A program made the position numbers and the translations under genes. The notes beneath the pieces are model-generated. The model did not search any database. It was not told the origin of the DNA and saw only the letters and a list, made by a program, of their open reading frames with translations. Below are positions 41,821-57,254 of a stretch of DNA of 64,000 nucleotides, piece after piece. Source of the DNA: the human T2T-CHM13v2.0 reference genome, Homo sapiens; assembly GCF_009914755.1 (NCBI RefSeq), contig NC_060925.1; one strand, given 5' to 3'. Each line of letters begins with the position of its first letter. Positions within the stretch are counted from its first letter, which is position 1.

Positions 41821-41921
41821 GAATGACACCATCAAAGAAGTGAGACTGAATGACACCATCAAAGAAGTGAGACTGAATGACACCATCAAAGAAGTGAGAC
41901 TGAATGACACCATGAAAGAAG
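41820..41921. repeat. 27-bp minisatellite (tgaatgacaccatcaaagaagtgagac x3.8)
   Basis: Three identical units plus a 21-bp partial unit with one mismatch. Confidence 0.97.
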
Positions 41922-43019
41922 AAACAGTAGATAGATACTAAAGAAAGGTCTAATAACTATTTGCATTTGAACCTTTGACTTTAGCTCTGCTTTGAGAAAC
42001 CCAACTAAGAGAGTGTGGATGGAGGAAGAGAAGGCAATGTGGCAGGCAAGTTAAATGGGGGAGGCAATACATCTTTCAAATATCTAAAGATGGCACAAAT
42101 CTATGTCATTCTCCCAGGTCTGGGTACTGCTTTTTATTAATATCTTGGTGTGGAAGAGAAGTTCCAGGAGCTTCTGCTTGGTCTTTCCTACTGTAATAAT
42201 TCTCACTCCATAGATTGGAGAGCCAAGGCGGGGATTCTGCCCATTCCTGAGTATACCTATTCAATTATACAGCTGGGGAAATAGTCACAGCATAAGCTAC
42301 AGTTGTTCCAAACTCCACCTGACTGTCAGAAGACCCCACTGTGACATGGACTAATCTGCAAAAATGAAACTACTCAAAGCCAACCCAGATGTCTCCAAGA
42401 GCTATCACATATGGCTGAATGATTCATAGCCCTGAAAGGGCTCCTAGCTGAGGCAGCAGGTGGGGACAGACATCCAGCCCATGTTCCACTTGCTGAGCTA
42501 TGGCAGAAAGTACGGGAATATTCCTCAAAATACTGTTGGGAAGACAAAATAGATATTGGTCAACTAAAAATGGGAAATCTTGAAAGCTTTTAAAACACAG
42601 TGTAAACTGCTATAGACTTTAAAGCTTTTTAAAAGAGACATGTAAATTTGGTTATTGCTCATTTGGAAGACAGGACATTTGGCAAACTGTCTTCTGCAAA
42701 ATGACCTTGAGCTGTGTATTGTATATCAGTTGCATTTACCATCTTATCTTGGTAGGGGACTGGTGTGGTAGAAATGACACAGAGATGAGAACCACACAGA
42801 CCTGAGTTTTACCCAGCTCTGTCACATGTCACCTGAGTGATCACACTCCTCTCCCAGCATTCAATTCTTCATCTATAAAATGAGGTTAGAGATAACTCCT
42901 TTCTGGTGCATCTGTTGTAAGACTTTGTGCTAATGTGTAATGAGGACTTATCCAGCACCCAGCGCACAAGGGACACGTAGCAAAGAGTTACAAGAGCATA
43001 AGAACAGGAATGAGCCAGT

Positions 43020-43061
43020 AGTATTTTCACTATACATAAAGTATTTTCACTATACACAAAG
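43020..43061. repeat. 20-bp tandem duplication (agtattttcactataca[t/c]aa x2)
   Basis: Direct reading. Confidence 0.85.
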
Positions 43062-43711
43062 AAGTATTCATGGACCTTTTCTCAATAATCCCACATTAGA
43101 TCTGTTAGTGAGCAGAGTATTATGCCCTTTTTATATAGATAAACAAACTTGAGTACAGATAGGTTAAATTATTTAAAAGGATCAAATATAGTAAGTGCAT
43201 GACAGAGTCAAGATTCAGACTCAGGTCTTCTGACTCTAGAGAGTATATGCTCATGAGAGATGGCTGGCAAAAGTTCTATGTGCCCCCAAATCCCTTCCAG
43301 CACTCACAGTGGACTCCTAGCGGCCCCAAAACAGTAAACACAAAGTTGATTTTTAATATATCTTAGGCCCTGTAGAAGCCATACAAGAATTATACCCTTT
43401 TTCTGGCTTGCATGGCTTTGATAAATGTTCTCTGCCAATACCATTTTTGTCATCTGAAAAAATGGCAATGAAAATAGTAGCTACCACATACGGTTGCCAT
43501 AAGCATTATCTGGTTTCATACATACATTTTTTCAGTACAGTATCTGACACATGACACTCAATAATATAGTTGTTGCTATTATTACTAACAAACACTACCT
43601 ATTAAAATGACCATTCATTTTTTTAACCTCAGCTCAAATATTTCTGCCTTTTCTAAGGCTTCCCTGACCCTATACTCACATCTACCTCTAGGTTAAAATT
43701 AATCTTCCCTT

Positions 43712-45215
43712 TCATCTGCCGATGAGCACACGGGTTGTTTCCATATCTTGGCTATTGTGGATAATGCTGCAATGAATGTGGGTGTGTAGGTATCTCTTTG
43801 AGATCCTGACATCAATTCATTGGATATATATCCAGAAGTGAGATTGCTAGATCATATGGTAGTTCTATTTTTAATTTTTGAGGAACTGCGTTACTGTTTT
43901 CCATAGCAGCTGCACTATTTTTACTTTCTAACTAACAGTGGACAAGAGTTCCAACTTCTCCCTAACCTCACCAACACTTGTTATCTTTTGTTGTTGTTTT
44001 TTTTTTTATAGTAGCCATTGAAACTGATGTGGAATAATATCTCATTGTGGTTTTGATTTGCCTTTCTCTAATGATTATCAATGTTGAACAACTTGGTACA
44101 AACCTGTTGGCCAAATACATACAATGGAACATTATTCAGCCTTTAAAAAAAAGAAAATCCTACCATTTGCTACAACACGGATGGACTTGGAAAAAAAAAT
44201 ATGCTAAGTAAAATAAGTGAGTCACAGAAAGACAAACACTGCAAATTTCTCTTATGAAAGATATCTAAATAGTCATGTTGAAGTAGACGATAGAATGGTG
44301 GTTATGAGGGGATGAGGAGTTGTTGTTTAATGGGTATGAAGTTACAGTTACCTAAAATAAGGAAGTACCAGGGATCTGCTGTACAACATAGCCTATAGTT
44401 AAAAATAAAATATTGTACCTTACAAATTAGTTAAGAGGGTGTATGATGAGTCAGGGTTCTCTAGAGGGACAGGACTAATAGGGTAGATGTATATATGAAG
44501 GGGAGTTTATTAAGGAGTATGGACTCACAGAATCACAAGATGAAGTCCCACAAAAGGCTGTCTGTCTGCAAGCTGAGGAGCAAGGACACCAGTCCAAGTC
44601 CCAAAACCTCAAAAGTAGGGAAGCCAACAGTGCAGCCTTCAGTCTGTGGCCAAAGGCCCAAAGGCCCCTGGAAAACCAGTGGTGTAAGTCCAAGAGTCCA
44701 AAAGCTGAATAACTTCGAGTCTGATGTTTGAGGGCAGGAAGCATCCAGCATGGGAGAAAGATGAAGGCTGGAAGACTCAGCAAGTCTGCTCTCTCCAATT
44801 TCTTCTGGCTGCTTTATTCTCGCCTAACTGGCAGCTGATTAGATGGTGCCCACCCAGATTGAGGATGACTCTGCCTCTTAGTCCACTGACTCAAATGTTA
44901 ATCTCCTTTGGAAACAACTTCAGACACACCTAGGAACAATATTTTGCATCCTTCAATCCAATCAAGTTGACAGTCAGTATTAACCATCACAGAGGGTAAA
45001 ACTCATGTTAAGTGTTCTTACTATAAAAACAAGCACACAAACAACAACAAAAAACAAAGAGACATAAGAAAACTTTTAGTGGTGATGCATAGCTTTATTA
45101 TATTGATTGTGGTGATGGTAGCAGGAGTGTATACATATGTCCAAACTCAGCAAATTGTATACATTTATCGTGTGCAGTTTTTGTATACCCATTATGCCTC
45201 AACAAAGCTAAAGAG
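43712..45215 (+). mobile_element. L1MA/L1MB 3' end with inverted 5' segment (minus ~43712-44112; plus ~44113-45215), interrupted by MLT2A
   Basis: Antisense ORF2 end joined to sense 3'UTR; flanked by aaattaatct/aaattaatcc direct repeats. Confidence 0.8.
44440..44991 (-). mobile_element. MLT2A (HERV-L) solo LTR
   Basis: Minus-strand start TGTGATGGTTAATACTGACTGTCAACTTGATTGGATTGAAGGATGC; perfect 5-bp TSD gaggg. Confidence 0.92.
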
Positions 45216-46715
45216 AAATTAATCCTCTCCTTTTATGTGCTTTCCTAGCTGTGAGTTTCATAGTATTTGCTTAATGTCTTACCCTGTCTTACTCTTGCAT
45301 GTGTATGCTTCCTCACTAGACCCCTGCTGACCAGGTTTCATTCACCTTCCAAAAGCATTTCATATGCATTGTTTAAACATGTTGAGATCACTTTTTCTTC
45401 CTTTTCCTTCTTCCAATCCCCCATCCCCACCACACTGCCAAGACCTCCTGAAGAGATTATGTTCTATCCAAAACCTAGCCTATTCCTTTCAGCTACAGGA
45501 GAATTTTACGAAACAGGTGGTAACACTAATAAATTCTATCCAATAGAACTTTACAGTTTATAAGGTGCTTTCACTTTCATTATCCATTTTATCATTCATT
45601 TTTAAACACAGATATTGTCCTAATGGACCCAGGATGCAAAGCAGGAGGAAGGCTGCTGTCTCTGCTGTTAAGGTTGCTTTGAGATGATAAATCAGACCCT
45701 TCTGCTTCTCAGTCCTGAACCAATTGAAAAATGACAAGGGAGTCAAATGGAGATCAAGGTACCAACATTATTGCTTGTAAAGCTGCTTGGTGAACACTGC
45801 GTTAATCAAATGTCAGAGCGAGGATTCCTCGTATGCCACCACCTGCTCCTCCTACCAAGGATAGCCCTTAAGATCTGACTGAGGAAAGACTCTACGGAAC
45901 AGATACTCAGCCAACTACATGGGAAAGGCACTTTCTTCACACCCAAAAAGCATGTTTTATAGCACGTTAGCTCTACCTATCTAAGAGCGTTTTCGTATCA
46001 TTAAAATAAAGGAAGGAAAGGAGGAAGAAAGGAAGAAGTTCTTTCTCAGGTGCAGTAACAGAGGGCCAAAGAGTTAGGTTAAAGGTGTTGCTCTAATATC
46101 CTTTCCTCCTATGAAATGGAGTGGAAGACTCTTAGTAAAACATGAGCCCTGAGAAATGAGTTCCCTCAAAACATTCCCTCAGGAACCTCTCAGTTTAATG
46201 GGAATTAAGTATTGCTTGTGCATAGGGAAAATGTATGAATAGTTTGATACGTTCTACACTCAAGGTTAATGAGAAATGGTAAGTTGGAGAAAAGGTTCTA
46301 ACTTGCTTTGGGATGATGAGGAAAATGTATTTGAGTATATTAAATGTTTGTTCTCATATTTAATAAGCACTTAAGATGTGCAAGGACTAGGGGTTATTGG
46401 GTTCTCATGACAACCTTATGTGGTTGGTAAAATTGTTATTTCTATCTGACAAGTGAAAGAACAAGCAGAGAGGGTAAGCGACTTATCCAAAGTCACAGTG
46501 GGTCTCCAAATACTGAACTCCACTTCTGGTCTTACTACTTTCTAGTTCTATGACTTTCAGCAAGTCATTTAACTCTTTGAACCTCAGTTTCCGCTTTTGT
46601 AAAGTGAGAAATATGATGTCAGATCTGCACAACTCCTGGGAGATCCATACCCTACCTCTTTTAGAAGGCTGTCATACAGATCAAAAGGAATAACACAGAT
46701 AAAAGTGTTTTGGAG

Positions 46716-48164
<1,449 letters not shown>

Positions 48165-49100
48165 CCACTCTCCTTATTATACTAACAGAACTCTGTTTCA
48201 AGAGACCATGTACCTACCTAGAAATCCTAACATCCCAGATTCTCTTATAGCCAGGGATAGCCATGTGACCATTTTCAGCCAATAGATGTTAAGTAAAAGA
48301 CTATTGAGTGGAGATTCCAGAAAAGCTACTGTTTCTCTGATAGAAAGAGACAGACTCCACGGTCATGTAGTTCCTATCCTTTACCCTTCTTCCTGCCTGG
48401 AGTGCAGCCTTGATGCTTAGAAATAAGACAGCCAGCCTACAACCATAAAGACAAAAGCCAAATGCTTAGAATGTCAGAGCAGGAAGCCAGAAGGAGCCTG
48501 GAGCATTGACTATTTGCTCAAGCATTTGCACTAGCTCAAGATCATCTACCTTTTTGTTCACTAAACAAAACAGAACAAAAATCTTCCATTTAGTTAAGCC
48601 GCTGTGGTCAGGTTTCTATCATTATAAACCAAGTACAATCCTAGTTGACAACAGGTGCTAATCATGGCAACAAGAGAAGTGTTACAGTGCATTCTCAGGC
48701 TCTTTACCGCAATTTTTTACCCTCGGAGTCATTAAAGAATGTGATATAGTATAGCACAATAGGAAGAGACAGGTACTTTTGAAGTAACCTATAGACCTGG
48801 AGAAGCTCAAGTGTGGATTCTGTAACTGCTCTTTACTAGCTGTGTAATCTTAAATAGGATCCCAATTGCAAAATGATGATAGCAATATCCATGCTGCAAG
48901 GAGTTCCGAATGAAAAAGACATGGTGCACATGAAGCAGGCAACAAACATTGATAGTGCTTTCAGTAGGGGCAGAGGACAGCCTAATAGCAGTCCAAGGTT
49001 CTAATCTGGAGGGTCATCAATCCTTCATGAAAACACGTGCTTTCCAGTTGTTTGGCAAAACCCTATTTTGACAGAGTACTACAGAACAGTAGGAACTGCC

Positions 49101-49382
49101 CCATAGTGGCTCATGCCTCTAATCCCAGTACTTTGGGAGGCCGAGTGGGGAGGACTGCCGGAGCCTAGTTGTTTGAGACCAGCCAGGGCAACATACAAAG
49201 ACTCCATTTCTAAAAATATTTTCTTAATTTTCAGGGCATGGTGGTGCATGCCTATAGCCCCAACTACTCAGGAGACTGAGGCAGGAGGATTGCTTCAGCC
49301 CAGGAGATCCAAGCTGCAGTAAGCTATGATCACACCACTGCACTATAGTCTGAGCAGCAGAGTGACAACATATCTCAAAAAA
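49101..49382 (+). mobile_element. AluJ (diverged)
   Basis: Dimeric Alu with J diagnostics; TSD aggaactgcc / aagaactgcc. Confidence 0.9.
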
Positions 49383-50589
49383 GAACTGCCTATAACACCA
49401 ACAGGCCAGCACTTCAGCATCCAAATTAGTGTCAACCACTTTGGAGGCAACATGGCATAGGATTAAGAGTTCTGGGTTTGAATCCCAGCTGGGGCACTTT
49501 CTACTTACACTTACATCACCTAGGATAGATTATTTCATCACTCTGAGGCTTAATTTTCTCCTCATTGGGTCCATTTCCCTCACAGAGGTTGTCAAGAGGT
49601 TCAAATGAGAGAACAGATACAAGTATGTTCAACCTGCACAGATTCATTATTGTTGTTATTTGTATTCTCCACTTCATCTGCTAGAATAGTAAGCTCAGTG
49701 CTGGCAGGGGAGAGAGGAGAGGGCAGGGGAGAGAAGGAGCTGGTTACAGGTATAAATTGAATTCTAAAGATACAGAATCACTGATCTGCAAAGAGCCAAG
49801 GAGGAGGTTGTTTAGGTCAAAACCAGCCTAGAAGCAGAGCTGATCACTAAGCTCATGAGGTGGTAGCTGCCTGCCGGGCAGCAGCACTTGGGAGGATGGG
49901 GGGCAGGCATAAGAAGGGGGTTCAAAATCCTACATAGCTCCCTGGTTCCTCTCCATGGTAGCCATTTCCCTGAGGGCCTTAGCAGGGCGAAAATATACTT
50001 TGCCTCTAACACAGCTCAATATATTTTAGGCTGAGGGGAGGCTGGGGGAAGGGAGAGCTGAGCTGAGAGCTATCTATTGGTAATAAAAAGCTTCCAGAAT
50101 GCACCCAGCTCCTTCTGAGGCAGACTTGGAGGGAATCTGCCAGGCGGAAGACACACACACATACCCCACCCCACCCCTACCCCCAGCCATCAGCTGCCTT
50201 CCTCTGTGAACCTCCAGCTGCCCCTTTGCTAGCCAAGGCCTCTCAGGGGACTTATTACCAGGATCATGTCCATCCTCTTCTTAGGGCCCTGCATTGGTTT
50301 CACTTGAGTTTAATTACAGAGGCTCTAGAAGGGAGGGGAAGGTGAAGCAAAGAAGTGCAGACCTGCTCAGTGCAGCAGTCACTGCTGCTGTGGACCTGTG
50401 TCTGCTCAATTCCATGTAACTGACATTGGCAAGAGGGGAGCAGTGGAAAGAACGCAATCGTGGAGTCAGGGGGACGTGGGATCAGTCTTATAACTTACTG
50501 TCTCTCAGATGATCAAGTAATATAACTTCACTGCTCCTTGGTGTCCTCTAGCTTTTTGTGAAACAAAAATAAAAAAGCAATAATAAATG

Positions 50590-50790
50590 TTCACATTTGT
50601 AATAATTATAGGTAACACTGAGTGCTTCATATATGCCAGGCCCTGTACTAGGCATTTTTTGCACCATGTCTCAGCCCATCCTCCCAATAGTAGATGAGGC
50701 AGGCTTTCTATTGTTCCTACTTTATAGATGAGGAAACTGAGGCACACAGAGGTGAAGTAAGTCATTCAGGGTCACGCAGGTGGTGAGTCT
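50590..50790 (-). mobile_element. MIR SINE
   Basis: tactttatagatgaggaaactgaggcacacagaggtgaagtaagtcattcagggtcac. Confidence 0.85.
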
Positions 50791-50999
50791 AATGTGTAAC
50801 AAATGGAAAGTGTCTGGCATGCAGTGGGAATCACCAGTGGTAGTTCTCCCAGGGGAGTGTACCTAAATTAATAGAGCAGCTCTTACCTCCCTTCCTCTCC
50901 CCATATGTTATAATAACGCATTCGTCATCTGAAAATTATCCTGGGAGGTAGGCAATCGCGGTCCCATCATACAGATGAATATATCAGCCAGGAAAACTA

Positions 51000-51390
51000 A
51001 ATCCACTCGAGTATTTCAAGCAGAGGAAAACTATTCAGGGGCCTCATTACACAGGTAATGGAAAAGCAGAAGTGGCAACCCAGAGTAGTATAGCAGGAAA
51101 TTGCTACCATTTCCAGGCCTGCTGGCTGGGGCAAGAGCCGTAAAGAGAGCTGCCGGCCAGCAGCAGCCAGGCTCTGGAGGAAAAGGCTACTCAGAGTCAA
51201 AGCTGTGGAGCAGAGCAGTGAGACTGCAATAGCCAGATTGTGTCGCTTCTCTCTCCTCCAGGCTTCCACTAGTACCATGCACTGACCAGGCCTATTTGGA
51301 AGCCAGCTGGCAGAAGAGCTTGGGAATGCAGTTTCCTAAAATACAGGGCAGAGGAGGAGGGAGAACAAATAGGCAAAAGCAACCGCAGAG
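51000..51390 (-). mobile_element. ERVL LTR (LTR33-like)
   Basis: ggaagccagctggcagaagagcttgggaatgcagtttcc. Confidence 0.55.
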
Positions 51391-51749
51391 AGGAAAATAT
51401 GTGACTTATCCAAGGCCATGGAGCTAAGAAGGGGTAAAGCCAGGACTTGAATTCGGGCCTCCTTCCTTTAACATTCCTCCAGTACACATTCCAACCCCTT
51501 GGCTTTTCAACAGAGGATACTCTCAACTCTTTCTTCCACTTACTGTACCATTTTCCAGAGCTTTTCCAAGCTTTCCAAGCCTCAATCTCCACCCTAACTC
51601 AAATCTTTCTTATTTGACCTAGTTCCTATGTCTTCATATGACATCAAGACCACGTGACCCAAATTCCCTTGACATCCACCCTCTTACTGCTTCCTGCACC
51701 CACTCTTAGTGTCGTCTTGCAATGTGTGTAAGAATGTCCCCCCATCCCA

Positions 51750-52360
51750 CATCAATCAAGATTCAATCAGGAAAGCTGAAACTCTGTGAATATCCTAAAA
51801 TATGAATTTGTTGTAGAATTAACACATTTTATAACTGTAGTAGAAACTGGGTAAGTAAGCACCCCAACAGGGAGATGGGAAATCAAATAAGTCACTAAGC
51901 AGCCATCTTGAAATACCAGAATGAGTGGGCACATAGGCATTCATGAAGGAATATGCGTAGCCAGGCTCATGTATCTGCTGGAGTGGATCTGCAAAAGAAA
52001 GCTGATGGAAAAGTCTTTGGAAGGCTGTTGCTGCTGCATCAGATTATGGTTCTGGGGTTAACATCACTTAGCAGGGCAGGCAGGAAGGAAGAAGAGCTAA
52101 GCGCAGAGTTGAGGGGAAGAAAGATAAGCTCAAATTTTCTGGCATCTCACTTTTACTACAAAAACCAAAACAAGCTGAAGTCAGCCAGCACCTCTGCATG
52201 TACCTCTCACCACGTTTAACCACAGTGACCTTCAAGATGTAACGGCTCTGCCATTCTTTCAAATCATATGCAAATTTCTCTTTTGGTCTATCCTAACTCT
52301 CAACTATAAAGAGAAACATTGTTCCGTCTCAGCGGGTTGACGTAGTATAAAGCCACCACA
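51750..52360 (-). mobile_element. Ancient LTR (LTR78/79-like)
   Basis: Minus-strand start TGTGGTGGCTTTATACTACGTCAAC; other end aatcaagattcaatcaggaaagc. Confidence 0.45.
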
Positions 52361-53058
52361 CTCCCCTGCCCCAAGCTGATTCTACACTCTAGACACCATT
52401 CCTTCTTGCCACCTCAGGGGACTCACCCTTACTATTATCCACTCTCTTTTCTGTCCTTTCAACCATTTGCTGTCCACTGGTTCTGTTCTATCTGTCCAGG
52501 AACACGTTTCAGTCTCTCCCATACTAAAAAAGGAAGACTGCCCTCCACGACTGCTACCCTCTAAAGAAAGCTACCATCTCCTTTCTCCTCTCACCATCTC
52601 AAACGAAATGTGGGGGAAACATGAGCTATATGCTTGGTGATTCCCAAACCTCAGCACTTGCTTGCTTCTTAACCCTGTCGTTGGACTTCCTGTTCACCTC
52701 TCCACTGAAAGCACTGGCTCTTGGCTAAGGTACTGGTCTCTTCTTCAGGGCTCACCTTCTGTATAGCATTTGAGTTTGTTAGTGTTTCCTTCCATCTCAG
52801 ATCTTACTCCTTCTTTGGCTTCTATGACTCTGTTCTCTCCTGGCTTTCCTCCTCCTCTCAGGCTACACAATCTCATTAACTTCCATCATGCCCTCTTCCT
52901 TTGCCTATCCCTCAAATGTTGGGATCGGTCAGAGTTGGGATTGGTCAGAGTTCCAGCTGTGGCTATCTCATCATCTCACTATAAACACTCTCACTCTGAG
53001 TTCAGTCAGCCTCCAGACTCCAAATCATAGCTACATACCATGCTATTTACTTCCAAAT

Positions 53059-53163
53059 CTTTTTTTTTTTTTTTTTTTTTTAATAGATACAGGTTTTCAC
53101 CATGTTGTCCAGGCTGGCCTCAAACTCTGGGGCTTAAGTGATCCACTCACCTTGGCCTCCCAA
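53059..53163 (-). mobile_element. Alu monomer (FLAM-like), 5'-truncated, within an L2 relic
   Basis: Poly-T then left-monomer sequence; flanked by ccaaat direct repeats. Confidence 0.8.
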
Positions 53164-53574
53164 CCAAATTTCTAGTTCTAGTCTAGACTGGTTTCCTGAG
53201 CTCCAGTTATTTCCAGCTACCAGCTGCAGATAATACAAGTTAATGCCCAAAGAGTACTATTATTGATTGAGCAGAGATGGAATGAATACAAATCAAATAA
53301 TAACAGTTAGTTGATGATATTCAAGCTCTTATTTAAGTTCTAGGCATTACGCTAAGAGTTTTATATGCACTATTCCTTTTAATCTTCACAAACTCTAAGA
53401 AGTAGACACATTTATAACACCGTTTTACATATTAAAAAACTGAGGCTCAGAGAGATAATTAACGAACCTCAGGTCTGGCCATGATGAAATAAATGGTGCT
53501 GGACTTGCAAGTGCCACAGACTAGGAGAAAATATTATATTCATCATGAAGAACTTACTTTGAAAACACAAGAAG

Positions 53575-53968
53575 ATACATATCACACTTATATGTGAAAT
53601 CTAAAGAAGTAAAACTCATAGAAGTAAAGAATAGATGGTAAACACCACAGGCTGGAGCAGGGGGGTAAATGGGGAAAGGGGAGATGTTAATAAAAGGGCA
53701 CAAGATTCCAGTTTTACAGAAGAAATAAGCTTTAGTGATCTATCACACAGAATAGTGACTATAATAAATAATCCATTGTATATTTCAAATTGCTAAAAGA
53801 GTAGATTTTAAATATTTTTACCACACATAAAAAGTATGTGAGCTGAGAGATTTGTCAATTAGCTTGATTTAATCATTCCATTATGTAAACGTATTTCAAA
53901 ACATCATGTCATGCCCCATAAATATATGTAATTATTATTTGTCAATTAAATATAAAATTTAAAAAATA
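53575..53968 (+). mobile_element. L1MA (MA8/9-like) 3'UTR
   Basis: gtatatttcaaattgctaaaagagtagattttaaa...ttagcttgatttaatcattcca...A-rich tail. Confidence 0.85.
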
Positions 53969-53969
53969 T

Positions 53970-54870
53970 GAAAATAATACTTGTAACTCAGTAATAAGAA
54001 AGCAACCAACCTGATAAAAATGGACAAAAAATTTGAATATACTTTACCAAAGAAAAGATGATCAATATCATTAGTCATAGAAGAATGTAAATTAAAACCT
54101 CAATGAGATATGATTGCACCATAGCATGGTTAAAAATAAAAAGACTGATAATTCCAAGTGTTGGCAGAGATGTGGAACCTGGAATTTCCATGCATTGCCA
54201 GTGCTAATGGAGAATGCTACAGAACTTTGGAAGCTATTTGTCAGTTTCTCTTAAAATTAAAGATACACTTACCATATAACATAGAAATCCTAGTCCTGAG
54301 TATTTACTCAGAGAAAAATGAAAGCGTATAAAAATAAAACAAAACCTGTACATGAGTGCTCATGGCAGCCTTATTCTCAACAGCCAAAAAGTGGAAACAA
54401 TCCAAATGTCCATTACCTCGTGAATGGTTAAATAAATTGCAGTACATCCATACAGTGGGAAAGATGGTCTTTTAATTAAATGGTGCTGGAACAACTGGAT
54501 AACTATTGTAATGCAATAAAAAGGAAGGAATTGCTGATACTTGTAACAACATTGATGAGTCACAGAAACATTATGTTAAGTGAAAGCAACCAGATACAAA
54601 ATGATTCTAATTATATGAACTTCTGGAAAAGGCAAAGCTATCACAGCTAAAATTGGATCAATGATTGCCCGGGGCTGGCAATGGTAGGAAATTGACTTCA
54701 AGAGAGTATGGATGTTATTATACTTTGGGGGCCAATGAAAGTGTTCTGTTTCTTGATTGTGCTGGGGGTCATACTACTGTACGTATTTGTCAAAACTCAT
54801 TGAGTTGTATATAAAATTGGTGAATTTTATTGTACATAAATTATATGTTATAAAGCCGATTTTAAAAAAA
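53970..54870 (+). mobile_element. Older L1M (L1MB-L1ME-like) 3' fragment
   Basis: Degenerate ORF2 end (ccaagtgttggcagagatgtgg; aagtggaaacaatccaaatgtcc) and 3'UTR. Confidence 0.8.
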
Positions 54871-56389
54871 GCAATGTGGGATGTCCAAAGATAAGATATA
54901 TACAAGGTATAGAGGAAGCAAAAAAAAAAATGGCAAATCTTAGTCAGAATGGAGGAGTCATGGAAAGCCTCCGACAGTCTAGCTGAATCAGGATAAGTGG
55001 ACACAAGCCTGTCAAAAAGCAGCTTCTTGTGGCTGGTTCATCTAAAGTGAGAGGCCCTGTTTGCCTCTGTTAGCAATGCATCTTATGGTTGGATTGCATT
55101 AAGAAGAATGGGGAAGGTTTTGTGAGCGCCACTACTAAGACTAAAATGGAGAATGGGGTTCAGTGGGGCTTGCCCTTACCAATGCATAAGGGTGTGTAGA
55201 ACTAAAGACCAAGGATAATGTTTGAGGAACTTTGAGAAATTGTAGAACTCTAAGTTTCTTCTGTCCCTCTCTCTGCCACAGAGACAAGTTATAGTACTTT
55301 GTGCAAGTCACTCCCTTTCTCTGGGCACGGATTGCCCATCTGTAAAATGGGAGAAGAATGAGCAGACTTGATGATCTCTAAGTTTTCTTCCTTCTTTAAC
55401 TTTCTATGATACCATATGTGGACGCTTCTGCTGGTTTGGCTATATCCAAGAGGCCAGTGTTCTGAATTCCTGCCTGTGTGACTCACTTCCTTTTCCTTTC
55501 ATCCTCATAACCTCAGAGGGCCACATGCAGGGAGGAAAAAGGCAGAAAAGGGAAGACAAAGCTGGCAAGCAAGAGCAAAGATCTAGAGTCTAGCCTGGAG
55601 CTCTTTTTTTTGGGAAGTTAGAGGCAGAAAGAAGACAGCCAGGCAGTACAGGTCTAGAAGCAGGTAGTCTGTTCATTTGACAAACACATATGAAGTACCT
55701 ACTGTGTTGCCACACACACTTATTAAGCATCTCCTTGGAGCTTGGTGCTGGGATTCAGCATTGAAAAAAGACAGATATGATCCATGCTGTGGGGGTCTAA
55801 GTCGGGGAGGTGCTGATCAAATTTGTTATTCAAAAAGAAAACCAGCTGCCTTGCCTAGAATTGATTACGGTTGTTATTCTCCCTAGTTTACACACAAGAA
55901 AATTGGGGTTTAGAAAGATTAAGAGTAGTGCTCCAGCTAGAGAAACCCTGATTGTTAGCCAGCCCCACAACCTATGCTGGCTACAATCTATGTCCTGTCT
56001 GTTACAGTGTCTCTTTCTATTCATGATATTTGTGAAGTATTACCAGGCGAGAAGAGGGCAGGGGAGGGAGGGGAGGGGGGGATGGAAATGAGGCACCCCC
56101 AGGTCAGGATGTGCTGGGCTCACACTTCAAGTCCGCTGCACTGTGATACACTCTGTTTGAGGCTGGTCAAGAGGCCAGCCATTCCCAGGGGCTCCAGTCA
56201 GAGGGAACTGCCGGCTGCACTGCCCAACAAAGATGTCTAGTTGCATCTTGTTCCTATCGATTACCCACCAAAGTGTTTCTCATTGTTAGGCATTCCCCAG
56301 AGGCAAGCAGGAGAAAAGGAGTCCTTTCTCTTTTTTTTCGTTTAATGACATCCAATCCTGCCCAGTGATCTCTGCCCTCTTCCCAGAGG

Positions 56390-56718
56390 CAGGAGACAGG
56401 AGGGAGGAGGGAAAGGAGAGAAAGAAAACACAGAGGTGTGGCGGTGGGGGCGGGCAGTGCATAGACACAAAGACAAGAGATGGAGAGAGACAAAGGGAGA
56501 GACACAGAGATATGCAAGGAGGGAGACACAGACAGAAACCAGCATGCAGAGACAAAGAGAGAAGCAGAGAGAGACTCATGGCGACAGAGAGAAAGAGGGA
56601 AGCAAAGAGAGACAAAAAGGGTCAGAGACAGGGAAAGAGGGAGCAACAGAATGACAGTAGGACAGAAATAGGCAGAAACAAAGCAGCAAAGCACAGGGAC
56701 ATAAAGAAACAGAGAGGG
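56390..56718. repeat. GA-rich low-complexity tract (continues 57030-57100)
   Basis: Degenerate (GAGACA/GAGA)n. Confidence 0.85.
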
Positions 56719-56719
56719 A

Positions 56720-57254
<535 letters not shown>

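Noticed and set aside
41820-41921. CRISPR-like array of 27-bp repeats
   Set aside because: Units abut directly with no unique spacers, there are no cas genes, and the context is eukaryotic; it is a minisatellite
56161-56180. ggctggtc...ccagcc hairpin resembling a Y RNA start
   Set aside because: Similarity is limited to 8 nt; no Y RNA body or terminator
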